Source: Candidatus Micrarchaeota archaeon
GTDB lineage: Archaea; Micrarchaeota; Micrarchaeia; Anstonellales; J096
DNA length: 39,186 bases
Assembly: GCA_027024255.1 (NCBI GenBank)
Contig: JALVSQ010000034.1
Coordinates: 34,194 to 73,379, forward strand
Direction of reading: 5' to 3'
The position numbers were made by a program, and so were the translations under genes. Of this stretch, positions 25,163 through 32,949 are shown piece after piece. Position 1 is the stretch's first letter. Each line of letters starts with the position of its first letter. Below the pieces are notes generated by a model, which saw only the letters and a program-made list of their open reading frames with translations, had not been told where the DNA came from and did no database searches.

Positions 25163-25851
25163 GGCTCTCCCTCCAGGAACAGTAGTAATGCTTTGCCATC
25201 TGGTGTGCCAAATGCATACATGAATTCTCTGAGTTTTGGTAAGAAGAGCAGAATCCTCCTCATGTTTATAGCTCTTCCTCCAAGGCTCATTTTTATCAAA
25301 TACTTACATATTTTTTCTATAATGTTTAAAGAGAAGCCAGAGGCTATAAGCAGAGGAAGTATCTTTTTAATAAAGAAATACAATGTAATTAAGTCAAACG
25401 ATTTAATCAAATCAAGCAAATCAGGTCTTTCCTCTTCTATCTTCTTTAATAAAGCCATAAAGCTCTCATTCTCCATTATTTTCAGGTATGCTTTTAGAAG
25501 GTCTTTGAAGTTCCTTATCTCTCCAAATTCCTTTTCAGCAATTGTGCCTTTGAACATTTCTTTTATCACGGTATTGAAATTTTTCTTATCTTTCAGGTAA
25601 TTCTCGACAATATTTCCAAGCTCAACATTCTGTTTAAATATTGCAGGCAGCCTTTTCTGCAATACATCATCTGGCACTGATGCGAATGCTATGCTTTCTT
25701 TATCAACCTTGCTTATTATCAATGAGAGCCTTTCGAGTGTTTCAATTGCGTGTTCAAACTCCTTTTTTCTCAGCTTTTCTGTTGGTGAGCTTATCTCAGG
25801 TTTTAATGTTATTATCTCTTTTCTTTCCTCTTTTACTTTCTCAATTTCCAT
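25153..25851 (-). CDS. hypothetical helical protein (233 aa), unknown family
   Basis: I prefer the ATG at 25851 (MEIEKVKEERKE). The track's 67-aa N-terminal extension (poly K/R) is the frame-shifted shadow of the acidic tail of the P1 gene and overlaps it. Confidence 0.55.
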   Translation of the reverse strand: MEIEKVKEERKEIITLKPEISSPTEKLRKKEFEHAIETLERLSLIISKVDKESIAFASVPDDVLQKRLPAIFKQNVELGNIVENYLKDKKNFNTVIKEMFKGTIAEKEFGEIRNFKDLLKAYLKIMENESFMALLKKIEEERPDLLDLIKSFDLITLYFFIKKILPLLIASGFSLNIIEKICKYLIKMSLGGRAINMRRILLFLPKLREFMYAFGTPDGKALLLFLEGEPWE

Positions 25852-25891
25852 CAATATAAAAAGAAAGAGAAAACATAAAAAACTAAGGGGT

Positions 25892-26203
25892 TTAACCAAA
25901 CAGAGAGGCAAGTCCTGCTGCTGCTTCTTCCTCTTTCTTCTCCTCCTTTTCTTCTTCCTTCTTTTCCTCTTTCTTTTGCTCCTGTTGAGGAGCTGCTTGA
26001 GGAGCTGCAACGGGCATTGCTGCCTGCTCAAGCAACTTGCTGAAATCAACATCCTTTACAGCTTCTGCCAGCACCTTTGCCCTTGCCTCGTCTGGCTGCA
26101 TACCTGCTGCTTTTAATACAGCAACTATGTTCTCAACACTAACCTCCTTCTCTGCTCCATGGAGCAAAAGAACAGCATGTAAATATGGGTCTACCTTGCT
26201 CAT
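25892..26203 (-). CDS. rpl12: 50S ribosomal stalk protein P1 (L12e)
   Basis: YLHAVLLLHGAEKEVSVENIVAVLKAAG, an Ala/Pro hinge, an EEKKEEE acidic tail and the terminal GLASLFG. The ATG at 26203 is preceded by GAGGTGAT. Confidence 0.93.
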   Translation of the reverse strand: MSKVDPYLHAVLLLHGAEKEVSVENIVAVLKAAGMQPDEARAKVLAEAVKDVDFSKLLEQAAMPVAAPQAAPQQEQKKEEKKEEEKEEKKEEEAAAGLASLFG

Positions 26204-26219
26204 TTTATCACCTCTATTT

Positions 26220-27068
26220 TCAGCCACCCTCTAAACTTTTTATAGCGTTACCTTCCCTTAACGCTTTGAGCAGTAACTCTTTTATATATTGTGGTGAGTA
26301 GATATTGCCGTTTATGGCTAAATTCATTGCATTCATCAATGCTTTTGTTAACAGCATCTCTATGTTTTGAGGTGTTGGATATCTTACATTTATGCTGAAG
26401 TTAAGAGCATCTGTTAATGCAATGCTCAGCCCTTCTTTAACATCCTCTGGTGTTATATCAAGCACATCCTTTGAATAGATGAGTTTTCCATCATAAGCCC
26501 TGTATATCCTTATACCTACTTTAAACGGCTTTATTCCGAGCATTTGCAGGGCTTGAGCTTTTTCTGCTGTTATTATTTCTCCTGCCTTTGCCACAACGCT
26601 GTCTTCGCTTATTACTATCTTACCTTTCTCTATCTTCACCTTCAATCCGGCCTGCTTTAGTTGACTCAATGCCGGACCAGGGGGTAAATCAGTTTCTCCC
26701 TTTGGCACAACTATATCATAAGGAGCAACCTGGCCTGGTTTTGCAGGCACATCAAGCATATTTTGCATAAAGAACTGATTTATCCTGTAGGGCTCTTCAT
26801 CTATGCCAATAACAGCAGTTGGAAAATCTATGGCTTCATAAACCTCTTTCGGCACCTTTAACTTCTCTAAGGCTCTTTTTATAACAGCCAGCTTTGCCAC
26901 TTTCACGAATGCTTTATACTTCTCCTTTAACTTCTTCCTTGTTGATTGCAATAGCTTATCAGGCGTGTTTCTTAAGTCTATTAGTATGATTGCAGGAGAG
27001 GCTTTCATTTTATTGCTTATTTCATCTACCTGCTTCTTTTTCTCAATTATTGCTTTTCTTTCCTTCAT
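26220..27068 (-). CDS. rpl10: 50S ribosomal stalk protein P0 (L10e), short form lacking the acidic C-terminal tail
   Basis: N-terminal L10 domain, a domain-II-like insert (VPKGETDLPPGPALSQLKQAGLKVKIEKGKIVI) and a position between L1 and P1. It ends ...LREGNAIKSLEGG with no EEE...LFG tail. Confidence 0.9.
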   Translation of the reverse strand: MKERKAIIEKKKQVDEISNKMKASPAIILIDLRNTPDKLLQSTRKKLKEKYKAFVKVAKLAVIKRALEKLKVPKEVYEAIDFPTAVIGIDEEPYRINQFFMQNMLDVPAKPGQVAPYDIVVPKGETDLPPGPALSQLKQAGLKVKIEKGKIVISEDSVVAKAGEIITAEKAQALQMLGIKPFKVGIRIYRAYDGKLIYSKDVLDITPEDVKEGLSIALTDALNFSINVRYPTPQNIEMLLTKALMNAMNLAINGNIYSPQYIKELLLKALREGNAIKSLEGG

Positions 27069-27704
27069 TTACATCACCTTTACGGGTTTTCCCATAGTTA
27101 ATTTAAAGTAGACATTCTTTATGTTTCCCTGAGGTATTTTCTTTGTTATTTCTTCTAAAACAGCAAGAGCATTCTCCACCAGATCATCAATGCTCATGTC
27201 TTCACAGCCTATGCCTGCTTGAACTACAGGCATGTACTTTCCTTTGTTCTGTATTTTTACAAGTTTCCTTGCGTTTTCTATTGCTTTCTTCAAGTTTCCG
27301 AGCACAGGAGTTGGGATTTTACCCCTTGGACCAAGCACCTTACCCCAGTGCTTTGCAACCAGACCCATTGCCTTTGGATGTGCAATGAAGAAGTGGTCCT
27401 TTGCTAACTTCTTTAGCTCTTTTACATCAACATTTGGTATCTCTTCTATACTGAATACTTTATCTGCTCCAAGTTTTTTAGCCTCGTGCACAAGCGCCTC
27501 ATCACCTATAACCACAACCCTGTTTTCCTTCTTACCCTTTCCTTTTGGAAGCACTATGTTGAGGTTGAGCCTGTTTTCAGGTTTTGTAAAGTCAATACCT
27601 CTAAAATTCACTATTAACTCAAGCGTTTGAGTAAATTTCCTCTTACCTTTATCTTCAAGAGCCTTTGCAATTCCTTCTTTTACCTTTTCCTTTTTTATTT
27701 CCAT
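27069..27704 (-). CDS. rpl1: 50S ribosomal protein L1
   Basis: KRKFTQTLELIVNFRGIDFTKPENRLNLNIVLPKGKGK is typical of L1. 211 aa, immediately upstream of P0. Confidence 0.93.
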   Translation of the reverse strand: MEIKKEKVKEGIAKALEDKGKRKFTQTLELIVNFRGIDFTKPENRLNLNIVLPKGKGKKENRVVVIGDEALVHEAKKLGADKVFSIEEIPNVDVKELKKLAKDHFFIAHPKAMGLVAKHWGKVLGPRGKIPTPVLGNLKKAIENARKLVKIQNKGKYMPVVQAGIGCEDMSIDDLVENALAVLEEITKKIPQGNIKNVYFKLTMGKPVKVM

Positions 27705-27759
27705 GCTATCCCTCCCACCACAGGTGGTGCCAGCGGGTGCTTATTGGTTTGATAGAAGG

Positions 27760-27773
27760 GTTTTTAAATAATT
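27760..27773 (-). promoter_or_regulatory. TATA-like element for the L1-P0-P1 operon
   Basis: The minus strand reads AATTATTTAAAAAC about 60 nt upstream of the L1 ATG. This leaves a short leader containing a small hairpin (27716-27729) next to the GGTGGGAGGG Shine-Dalgarno. Confidence 0.35.
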
Positions 27774-27776
27774 GTG

Positions 27777-29639
27777 CTATAACCTCTTCTGCCTGAACAC
27801 AACCCTTTTGCTCAACAGCCAGGGCATGTTCAACCTTTCGAAATACATTTGCTTTCCTTCTATCTCATTTACAAGCTCTTCAATGCTCATCTCTTTCTTT
27901 TCCCCTGTTTCTCTAATGCTTACAGTCAATTTTCCGCTTTCAATCTCTTTGTCTCCAATAACAGCAATGTATGGAATCCATTCCTTTTCAGCCTTTCTTA
28001 TCTTTTTGCTTAAACTCTCATTGCTATCATCGACATCAAACCTTATCTTTCTGCTTTTGATTTTATCCACTGTCTTTAACACGCCTTCCAAATGCCTTTC
28101 AGCGCTTACAGGAATCAATCTCAGCTGAATAGGTGAAAGCCATAAGGGCAACTTAGCCTTTCTTCCCTTTTCCATCTCCATTGCTTCCTTTTCAAGTATT
28201 GCATACATCACCCTCTCAATGGCTCCGCTTAAACTTGCGTGAAGTATTAAAGGCTTTTTGAGGTTTCCATCCTTATCCATGTAATTTATATCATATGTGT
28301 GGGCATTTTCCACATCTATCTGCACAGTGCTTAAAGCAGTTGCTTTATTCATTGCATCTATGAAGTTAAATTCAAATTTTGTTATGAAGTATGCATACCT
28401 CTCCTTAAACATCTCAACCAGTATGGGTTTTCCTACAAGCTTTACAATCCTTCTGTAAAAGTCTCTGTGCTCATTAAAGAAATCTTCCTGGATTCTGAAT
28501 GCTGTTTCACAATAGCTGAATAAACCAAGGCTTTCTAAAAAGTCCTTGCTTTTAATGAATTGCTCCTCAAATTCCTTAACAGCCATGTTTATATCAGCAA
28601 CGAATGTGTGCATATCGGGCATTGTAAATGCTCTGAGTCTTTTAAGCCCTGCAAGTTCGCCGCTTTGCTCTCTTCTGAAAGAGTACCTTGTTAACTCGTA
28701 AAGTTTGAACGGCAGTTGTTTATAGCTTATTGTTGCATCGTGTGCAATTAAAAACTGGCCAAAGCATGCTGCAAACCTGAGGAAAAGCTCTTTATCATCA
28801 CTCAGAACTATGTACTGCCTTGCCGGGAATCTGTTGAGGTACTTCTTCAAAGAAGGATGCTCCATATCATACATGATAGGTGTTTCCACCTCATGGGCTC
28901 CTAATGAAATGCATAGTTCATTGATAGCCCTTTCAAGTATTTTCTTAACAAGCCTTCCTTTTGGGTAAAACCTCAGGTTTCCAGGGTCAGAACCGGGCTC
29001 ATAGCCCACCCATTCAAGTTCCTGCATAAGTTTTATATGAGGTGGCTCTTTTTCATAACTCCTGACCTTTGCTATTTCATACATTGCCAGCTTCTCTAAA
29101 TTTTTGTGCTCTTTAAAATCAAATTCTTCAACAGGAATTAGTTCATCGTTTGGTGTGTAAATGTAAAACTTACTTTTTAATCTGGCCTCTGCCTTTAAAG
29201 ATTCTGAGACCTCTTCCTTTTCCTCTTTTTTCTTCGCTCTTCTTATTTCTCTGCTCAACTCACTTAAAGGATGGCCCTTTGCCTTTATTGTAAATGCTTT
29301 GTACCATCCAAAAGGAGCTTTATAAACCTCATATCTTTCTTTCAACTTTTCAAACGCTTTGTTTAATACCTGCTTTGCCAATCTTGGTGAGGAGGGCCTT
29401 GATGTTAGATGGACATAAGGGTAAAGCACTATTCTTTCAGCCTTTACCTGCTTTGCAATATCTTCAATCTCCTTTATTAAATCATCTACAACAAGCAGGT
29501 TGTCATCTTCCTCAACAGCTGTGAAAACAACTAACGCCTCATCAACCTCAAAGGCCTTTGCTTCCTCATCTGCTCTTTCTATGGCTTTTTGCTTTGGCAC
29601 TACCTCTAAATAACTGCTATGTATTGCAAGGATTTTCAT
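27777..29639 (-). CDS. thrS: threonyl-tRNA synthetase, archaeal type with an N-terminal DTD-like editing domain
   Basis: Class II motif 2 FRREQSGELAGLKRLRAFTMPDMH, motif 3 GAIERVMYAILE, a C-terminal anticodon-binding domain and an archaeal-style N-terminal domain (MKILAIHSSYLEV...). GAGGTGGA Shine-Dalgarno. Confidence 0.93.
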   Translation of the reverse strand: MKILAIHSSYLEVVPKQKAIERADEEAKAFEVDEALVVFTAVEEDDNLLVVDDLIKEIEDIAKQVKAERIVLYPYVHLTSRPSSPRLAKQVLNKAFEKLKERYEVYKAPFGWYKAFTIKAKGHPLSELSREIRRAKKKEEKEEVSESLKAEARLKSKFYIYTPNDELIPVEEFDFKEHKNLEKLAMYEIAKVRSYEKEPPHIKLMQELEWVGYEPGSDPGNLRFYPKGRLVKKILERAINELCISLGAHEVETPIMYDMEHPSLKKYLNRFPARQYIVLSDDKELFLRFAACFGQFLIAHDATISYKQLPFKLYELTRYSFRREQSGELAGLKRLRAFTMPDMHTFVADINMAVKEFEEQFIKSKDFLESLGLFSYCETAFRIQEDFFNEHRDFYRRIVKLVGKPILVEMFKERYAYFITKFEFNFIDAMNKATALSTVQIDVENAHTYDINYMDKDGNLKKPLILHASLSGAIERVMYAILEKEAMEMEKGRKAKLPLWLSPIQLRLIPVSAERHLEGVLKTVDKIKSRKIRFDVDDSNESLSKKIRKAEKEWIPYIAVIGDKEIESGKLTVSIRETGEKKEMSIEELVNEIEGKQMYFERLNMPWLLSKRVVFRQKRL

Positions 29640-29761
29640 TTATTCCACCTCTTAAACATAAGTAAGTAAAACAAGGCTTAAATTCTCGTTTCAAACCACC
29701 CTGCCAATTGCTCCACCTTTGGTTTTATGTTTCAGGAAATATTTATAAGTTTTTAGGTAGT

Positions 29762-30124
29762 TTATGGGCTTAATTTTAGTTTTCCTGGATTTAGAGAATA
29801 AATGCCTGTCAAATAAATACTTTTTATCAATGCAATACCTGAAAACACAAATGCAACAATTAAATCAGCATGTTCCCTGCTTATTATGTAAAAGACAAGA
29901 AAAATAGCAGGCCATCCTAACAAATCCATTATTTGATTCAGGAGAGGTTTTTTTACATCTACAATTGCAATGTTATGCTTCAAGCATATGTAAAGTAATC
30001 CTATGTAGAAAATTAAAGGACCTATTATGAGTCCAGGGTTGGCTGTTATAAATATAATGAAAAACATTAAGAATTCAAAAAATGAAAGGGTTGTTTTAAT
30101 GGCTAATTCCTTCAATCTCATCAC
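29762..30124 (-). CDS. small 3-4 TM membrane protein, unknown function
   Basis: Hydrophobic segments run throughout. The start overlaps the 3' end of eno by 29 nt, so the exact start is uncertain. Confidence 0.45.
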   Translation of the reverse strand: MMRLKELAIKTTLSFFEFLMFFIIFITANPGLIIGPLIFYIGLLYICLKHNIAIVDVKKPLLNQIMDLLGWPAIFLVFYIISREHADLIVAFVFSGIALIKSIYLTGIYSLNPGKLKLSP

Positions 30125-31301
30125 CTATCCTCAGCAACTGATTGTACTTGGCTGTTCTCTCACCTCTTGCAGGTGCTCCAAACTTAACAGCATCTGCTCC
30201 AATGCCCACTGCAAAGTCAGCAATGAATGTGTCCTCAGTCTCACCACTTCTATGGCTAACAACAACTATCCATCCACTTTTCTTTGCTAAATTAAATGAT
30301 TCAATGGCTCTGCTTACAGTGCCTATCTGGTTTATCTTTAAAAGTAAGCCGTTGACACTATCTTTTTCAACAGCCATTTTTATTCTCTCAGGATTTGTTG
30401 TTAACAAATCATCACCCACAATCCATCCGTTGAACTTTCTCTTTATCTCAGCAAAGCCTTCAAAATCTTCTTCATAAAAAGGATCCTCAATACTCTTTAT
30501 ATTAAACTTACTGCTCAACTCTAAGTAGAAATCAAGTAGCTCTTCTCTGCTTAAATATTTACCATCTATGAAGTACTTCCCTTCTTTGTAAAACTCGGTT
30601 GCAGCACTGTCCAGAGCAATCTCTAAATCATAGTTACCATTCTCAATTGCTTTACTTATCATTTCAAGGGCTTCCTCGGTTTTGTTTATAGGAGGTGCAA
30701 ACCCTCCTTCGTCACCCACATTTATTGCATCTTTACCGTACTTTTCTTTAAGCATGCTTTTTAATTCAATGTACGTTTCTGATAGTGCTTTTACTTTTTC
30801 TCTCATTGACCCTTTTTTGGCAACTATCATGAATTCCTGAATGCTTAGCTTGTTTCCAGCGTGCTTTCCACCATTTATTATATTACTCATCAATGCAGGC
30901 ATTTTTTTCATACCTAAGTACTCATAAACATTTTTTCCTTCAAGTTTGCTTGCGGCTTTAACAAGGGCAATAGATATGGCAGTTATTGTATTCCCTCCCA
31001 ATCTTGATAGGTTTGGAGTTCCGTCCAGTTCAACCATTAATTTATCAAGTTCTCTCCAATCCCTTGGGTCTTTTCCTACAAGCTTTTTCTCAATTTCATT
31101 TACATTTTTTATTGCCTTTTTAACGCCTTTTCCATGAAAATCATTATCATTGTCTCTTAATTCAACAACCTCATGGCTTCCTGTACTTGCTCCTGAAGGG
31201 CAGCTTGCTCTCACTATGCCACCTTTAAACCTCAACTCAACTTCAACTGTTGGATTTCCTCTTGAATCAAGTATCCAGTAGCCTCTTAATCCTTCAATCA
31301 T
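30096..31301 (-). CDS. eno: enolase (phosphopyruvate hydratase)
   Basis: SRGNPTVEVEL, GASTGSHEVVELRD and SHRSGETEDTFIADFAVG. Confidence 0.97.
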   Translation of the reverse strand: MIEGLRGYWILDSRGNPTVEVELRFKGGIVRASCPSGASTGSHEVVELRDNDNDFHGKGVKKAIKNVNEIEKKLVGKDPRDWRELDKLMVELDGTPNLSRLGGNTITAISIALVKAASKLEGKNVYEYLGMKKMPALMSNIINGGKHAGNKLSIQEFMIVAKKGSMREKVKALSETYIELKSMLKEKYGKDAINVGDEGGFAPPINKTEEALEMISKAIENGNYDLEIALDSAATEFYKEGKYFIDGKYLSREELLDFYLELSSKFNIKSIEDPFYEEDFEGFAEIKRKFNGWIVGDDLLTTNPERIKMAVEKDSVNGLLLKINQIGTVSRAIESFNLAKKSGWIVVVSHRSGETEDTFIADFAVGIGADAVKFGAPARGERTAKYNQLLRIGDEIEGISH

Positions 31302-31302
31302 A

Positions 31303-31941
31303 TTACCACCTCAACAATGTTTTTACTGCCTTTCTTAGAACAGGTCTCATTTCACCCAAAATGTTTTTTAATCTGCTTTCATCAATGAAGAGTAGTTCTT
31401 CATACTCCCATCTGTCTATGGCTGTGTTGCTTAGCCTGAGAATTGTTTCTTTGTCAAGGTTTGTTTTCATGTAAGCAATAAACAACAACTCTTCATTTTC
31501 AAAGGGCTTTACATCAACCATCTTAACATCTTCTTTCAACAATCCAAGCTCTTCCTCAAGCTCAAAGAAAAGATTCTCATTCACTATATCTCTGGAGAAA
31601 GGTCCAACTTTACAAAAGCCCATGTAAGAGATTGAAAGCTGTTTGTCCCTTTTGTATGTAATGCCTGCTGCACTCAGCACAATCTCATTTTGTAGCGTTA
31701 TTATAAACCCGTCTTTACTTTCTATCAATCCACCAACGCCTATGGGCTTATAGAATTCTTTATTTAGGTGCTTTATGGCTAAGTAATGACTGAAAGGAAT
31801 TGTGAAATACTCAAGCCTTTTTTCGCTTAACTTTTTTACAAATGCAATATCTTCGTTTATTTCAAGTTCTGTGCTTATTTCTACTCCTAACTTCTCAACT
31901 TCATCATCTAGAATGGGAGGATTGATTCTTTTTGTTAGCAT
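31303..31941 (-). CDS. hypothetical protein with a degenerate Nudix-like box
   Basis: GPFSRDIVNENLFFELEEELGL approximates GX5EX7REUXEEXGU, but with Arg replaced by Phe and one spacing off by one residue. Its stop abuts the eno start. Confidence 0.35.
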   Translation of the reverse strand: MLTKRINPPILDDEVEKLGVEISTELEINEDIAFVKKLSEKRLEYFTIPFSHYLAIKHLNKEFYKPIGVGGLIESKDGFIITLQNEIVLSAAGITYKRDKQLSISYMGFCKVGPFSRDIVNENLFFELEEELGLLKEDVKMVDVKPFENEELLFIAYMKTNLDKETILRLSNTAIDRWEYEELLFIDESRLKNILGEMRPVLRKAVKTLLRW

Positions 31942-32030
31942 AGCTTAGTCTGGCCTGGTTTTGTTTAAAAGTGTTTTTGTTTATGGGGTGTTTAAGTTGA
32001 ATTCTTCTTGTTCTCCTTGGATTTTTAGTT

Positions 32031-32165
32031 CTCAAAAATGTGTTTCCTCTACAAGGAGGTAGTAGGAACCCCTTCTAGTCACCACCTGGGTTCCAAAAAA
32101 CCTCAAAAATGTGTTTCCTCTACAAGGAGGTAGTAGGAACCCCTTCTAGTCACCACCTGGGTTCC
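32031..32165. repeat. perfect tandem duplication of a 64-bp unit (32031-32094 and 32102-32165) separated by 7 bp
   Basis: Letter-by-letter comparison shows both copies read ctcaaaaatgtgtttcctctacaaggaggtagtaggaaccccttctagtcaccacctgggttcc. Each copy contains two hairpins: CCTCT-ACAA-GGAGG, and GGAACCC-16 nt-GGGTTCC. Confidence 0.9.
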
Positions 32166-32172
32166 TACATAC

Positions 32173-32180
32173 TTTAAAAA
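32173..32180 (+). promoter_or_regulatory. TATA-like element for psmA
   Basis: tttaaaaa lies about 38 nt upstream of the ATG at 32215, with a GGTG Shine-Dalgarno at 32205-32208. Confidence 0.4.
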
Positions 32181-32214
32181 CCAAATGGATTAAACAGGTT
32201 AAAAGGTGTTTAAC

Positions 32215-32949
32215 ATGTATGGTGTATCTCCGCAAGCATACGATAGAGCGATAACTGTTTTTAGTCCTGACGGCAGGCTTTTCCAGGTAGAGTATGCAAA
32301 AGAAGCAGTAAAAAGAGGAGCCACAAGTCTTGGCATAAAGGTGAATGAAGGCCTTGTTCTTGTGGCAACAAAGGTTGCCTTCTCAAGACTGGTTGAAAAG
32401 GAAACGATAAAGAAGATATTTGAAGTTGATGACCACATATTCCTCACGGCATCAGGCCTTATTGCAGATGTCAGAAAGCTTGTTGATTTAGCGAGAGATG
32501 AGGCAAGGAGACACAGGCTTGTTTACAATGAGCCAGCATCTGTAATCAATGTTGTTAAGTATGTTGCAGATATAATGCAGCTTTACACGCAGTATGGTGG
32601 TGCAAGACCTTTTGGAGTCTCTTTGCTTGTAGGAGGTTATGACGGTGGAAGGCTTGGCCTTTACGAGATTGAGCCGAGCGGTGCTTATACAGGTTACATG
32701 GCAGATTCAATTGGGGAATATAAAAAGGAGGTTGATTCAATACTGGAAAAGAAGTACAGACCTAACCTCTCCATAAAGGAGGCTATAAAGCTTGGCATAA
32801 CTGCACTTGTTGAGGTCGATAGTGAATGGACTTCAAAATCGTTTGAGGTTGCTTACATTAAGTCAAGCGAGGGCATCTTCAAAAGATTGAGTGAAGAAGA
32901 GGTTGCGAAACTTCTGCCTTCAAAGCCTAAGAAGAGGAAGAAGCGCTGA
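32215..32949 (+). CDS. psmA: proteasome alpha subunit
   Basis: YDRAITVFSPDGRLFQVEYAKEAVKRG signature. The ATG at 32215 is preferred over the GTG at 32206. Confidence 0.95.
   Translation: MYGVSPQAYDRAITVFSPDGRLFQVEYAKEAVKRGATSLGIKVNEGLVLVATKVAFSRLVEKETIKKIFEVDDHIFLTASGLIADVRKLVDLARDEARRHRLVYNEPASVINVVKYVADIMQLYTQYGGARPFGVSLLVGGYDGGRLGLYEIEPSGAYTGYMADSIGEYKKEVDSILEKKYRPNLSIKEAIKLGITALVEVDSEWTSKSFEVAYIKSSEGIFKRLSEEEVAKLLPSKPKKRKKR

Noticed and set aside
25852-26052. A poly-Arg/Lys N-terminal extension (…RSKRKRKRRKKKRRRRKRKK…) of the ORF at 25153-26052, together with the plus-strand ORF at 25691-26116.
   Set aside because: Both overlap the acidic EEKKEEE tail of the P1 gene and are frame-shifted or antisense readings of its GAA/GAG/AAG repeats. 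A clean internal ATG at 25851 starts the real downstream gene.
27143-29524. Plus-strand ORFs opposite rpl1 and thrS (27143-27388, 27219-27407, 27232-27630, 27772-28128, 29294-29524).
   Set aside because: These are shadow ORFs inside genes with strong family signatures.
29640-29761. A leader of about 70 nt upstream of thrS (TATA-like ttataaatattt near 29733-29745), considered as an autoregulatory tRNA-Thr-mimic or T-box-like element.
   Set aside because: I could not identify an anticodon-arm mimic or a conserved T-box feature by eye, and T-boxes are not an established archaeal mechanism. The evidence is insufficient to report it as a feature.
32038-32133. A 31-aa ORF (MCFLYKEVVGTPSSHHLGSKKPQKCVSSTRR) spanning the two repeat copies.
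   Set aside because: It has no Shine-Dalgarno or TATA at suitable spacing. The frame differs between the two copies, so the duplication is not coding-constrained. An RNA or DNA-level function is more plausible.
32031-32165. The tandem 64-bp repeats considered as a mini CRISPR array.
   Set aside because: There are only two copies, separated by a 7-bp A-rich spacer rather than spacers of 25-50 bp. No cas genes are in the window, and the unit is longer than typical CRISPR repeats.
32199-32447. An 82-aa minus-strand ORF overlapping the start of psmA.
   Set aside because: It is antisense to a gene carrying the unmistakable proteasome alpha signature.
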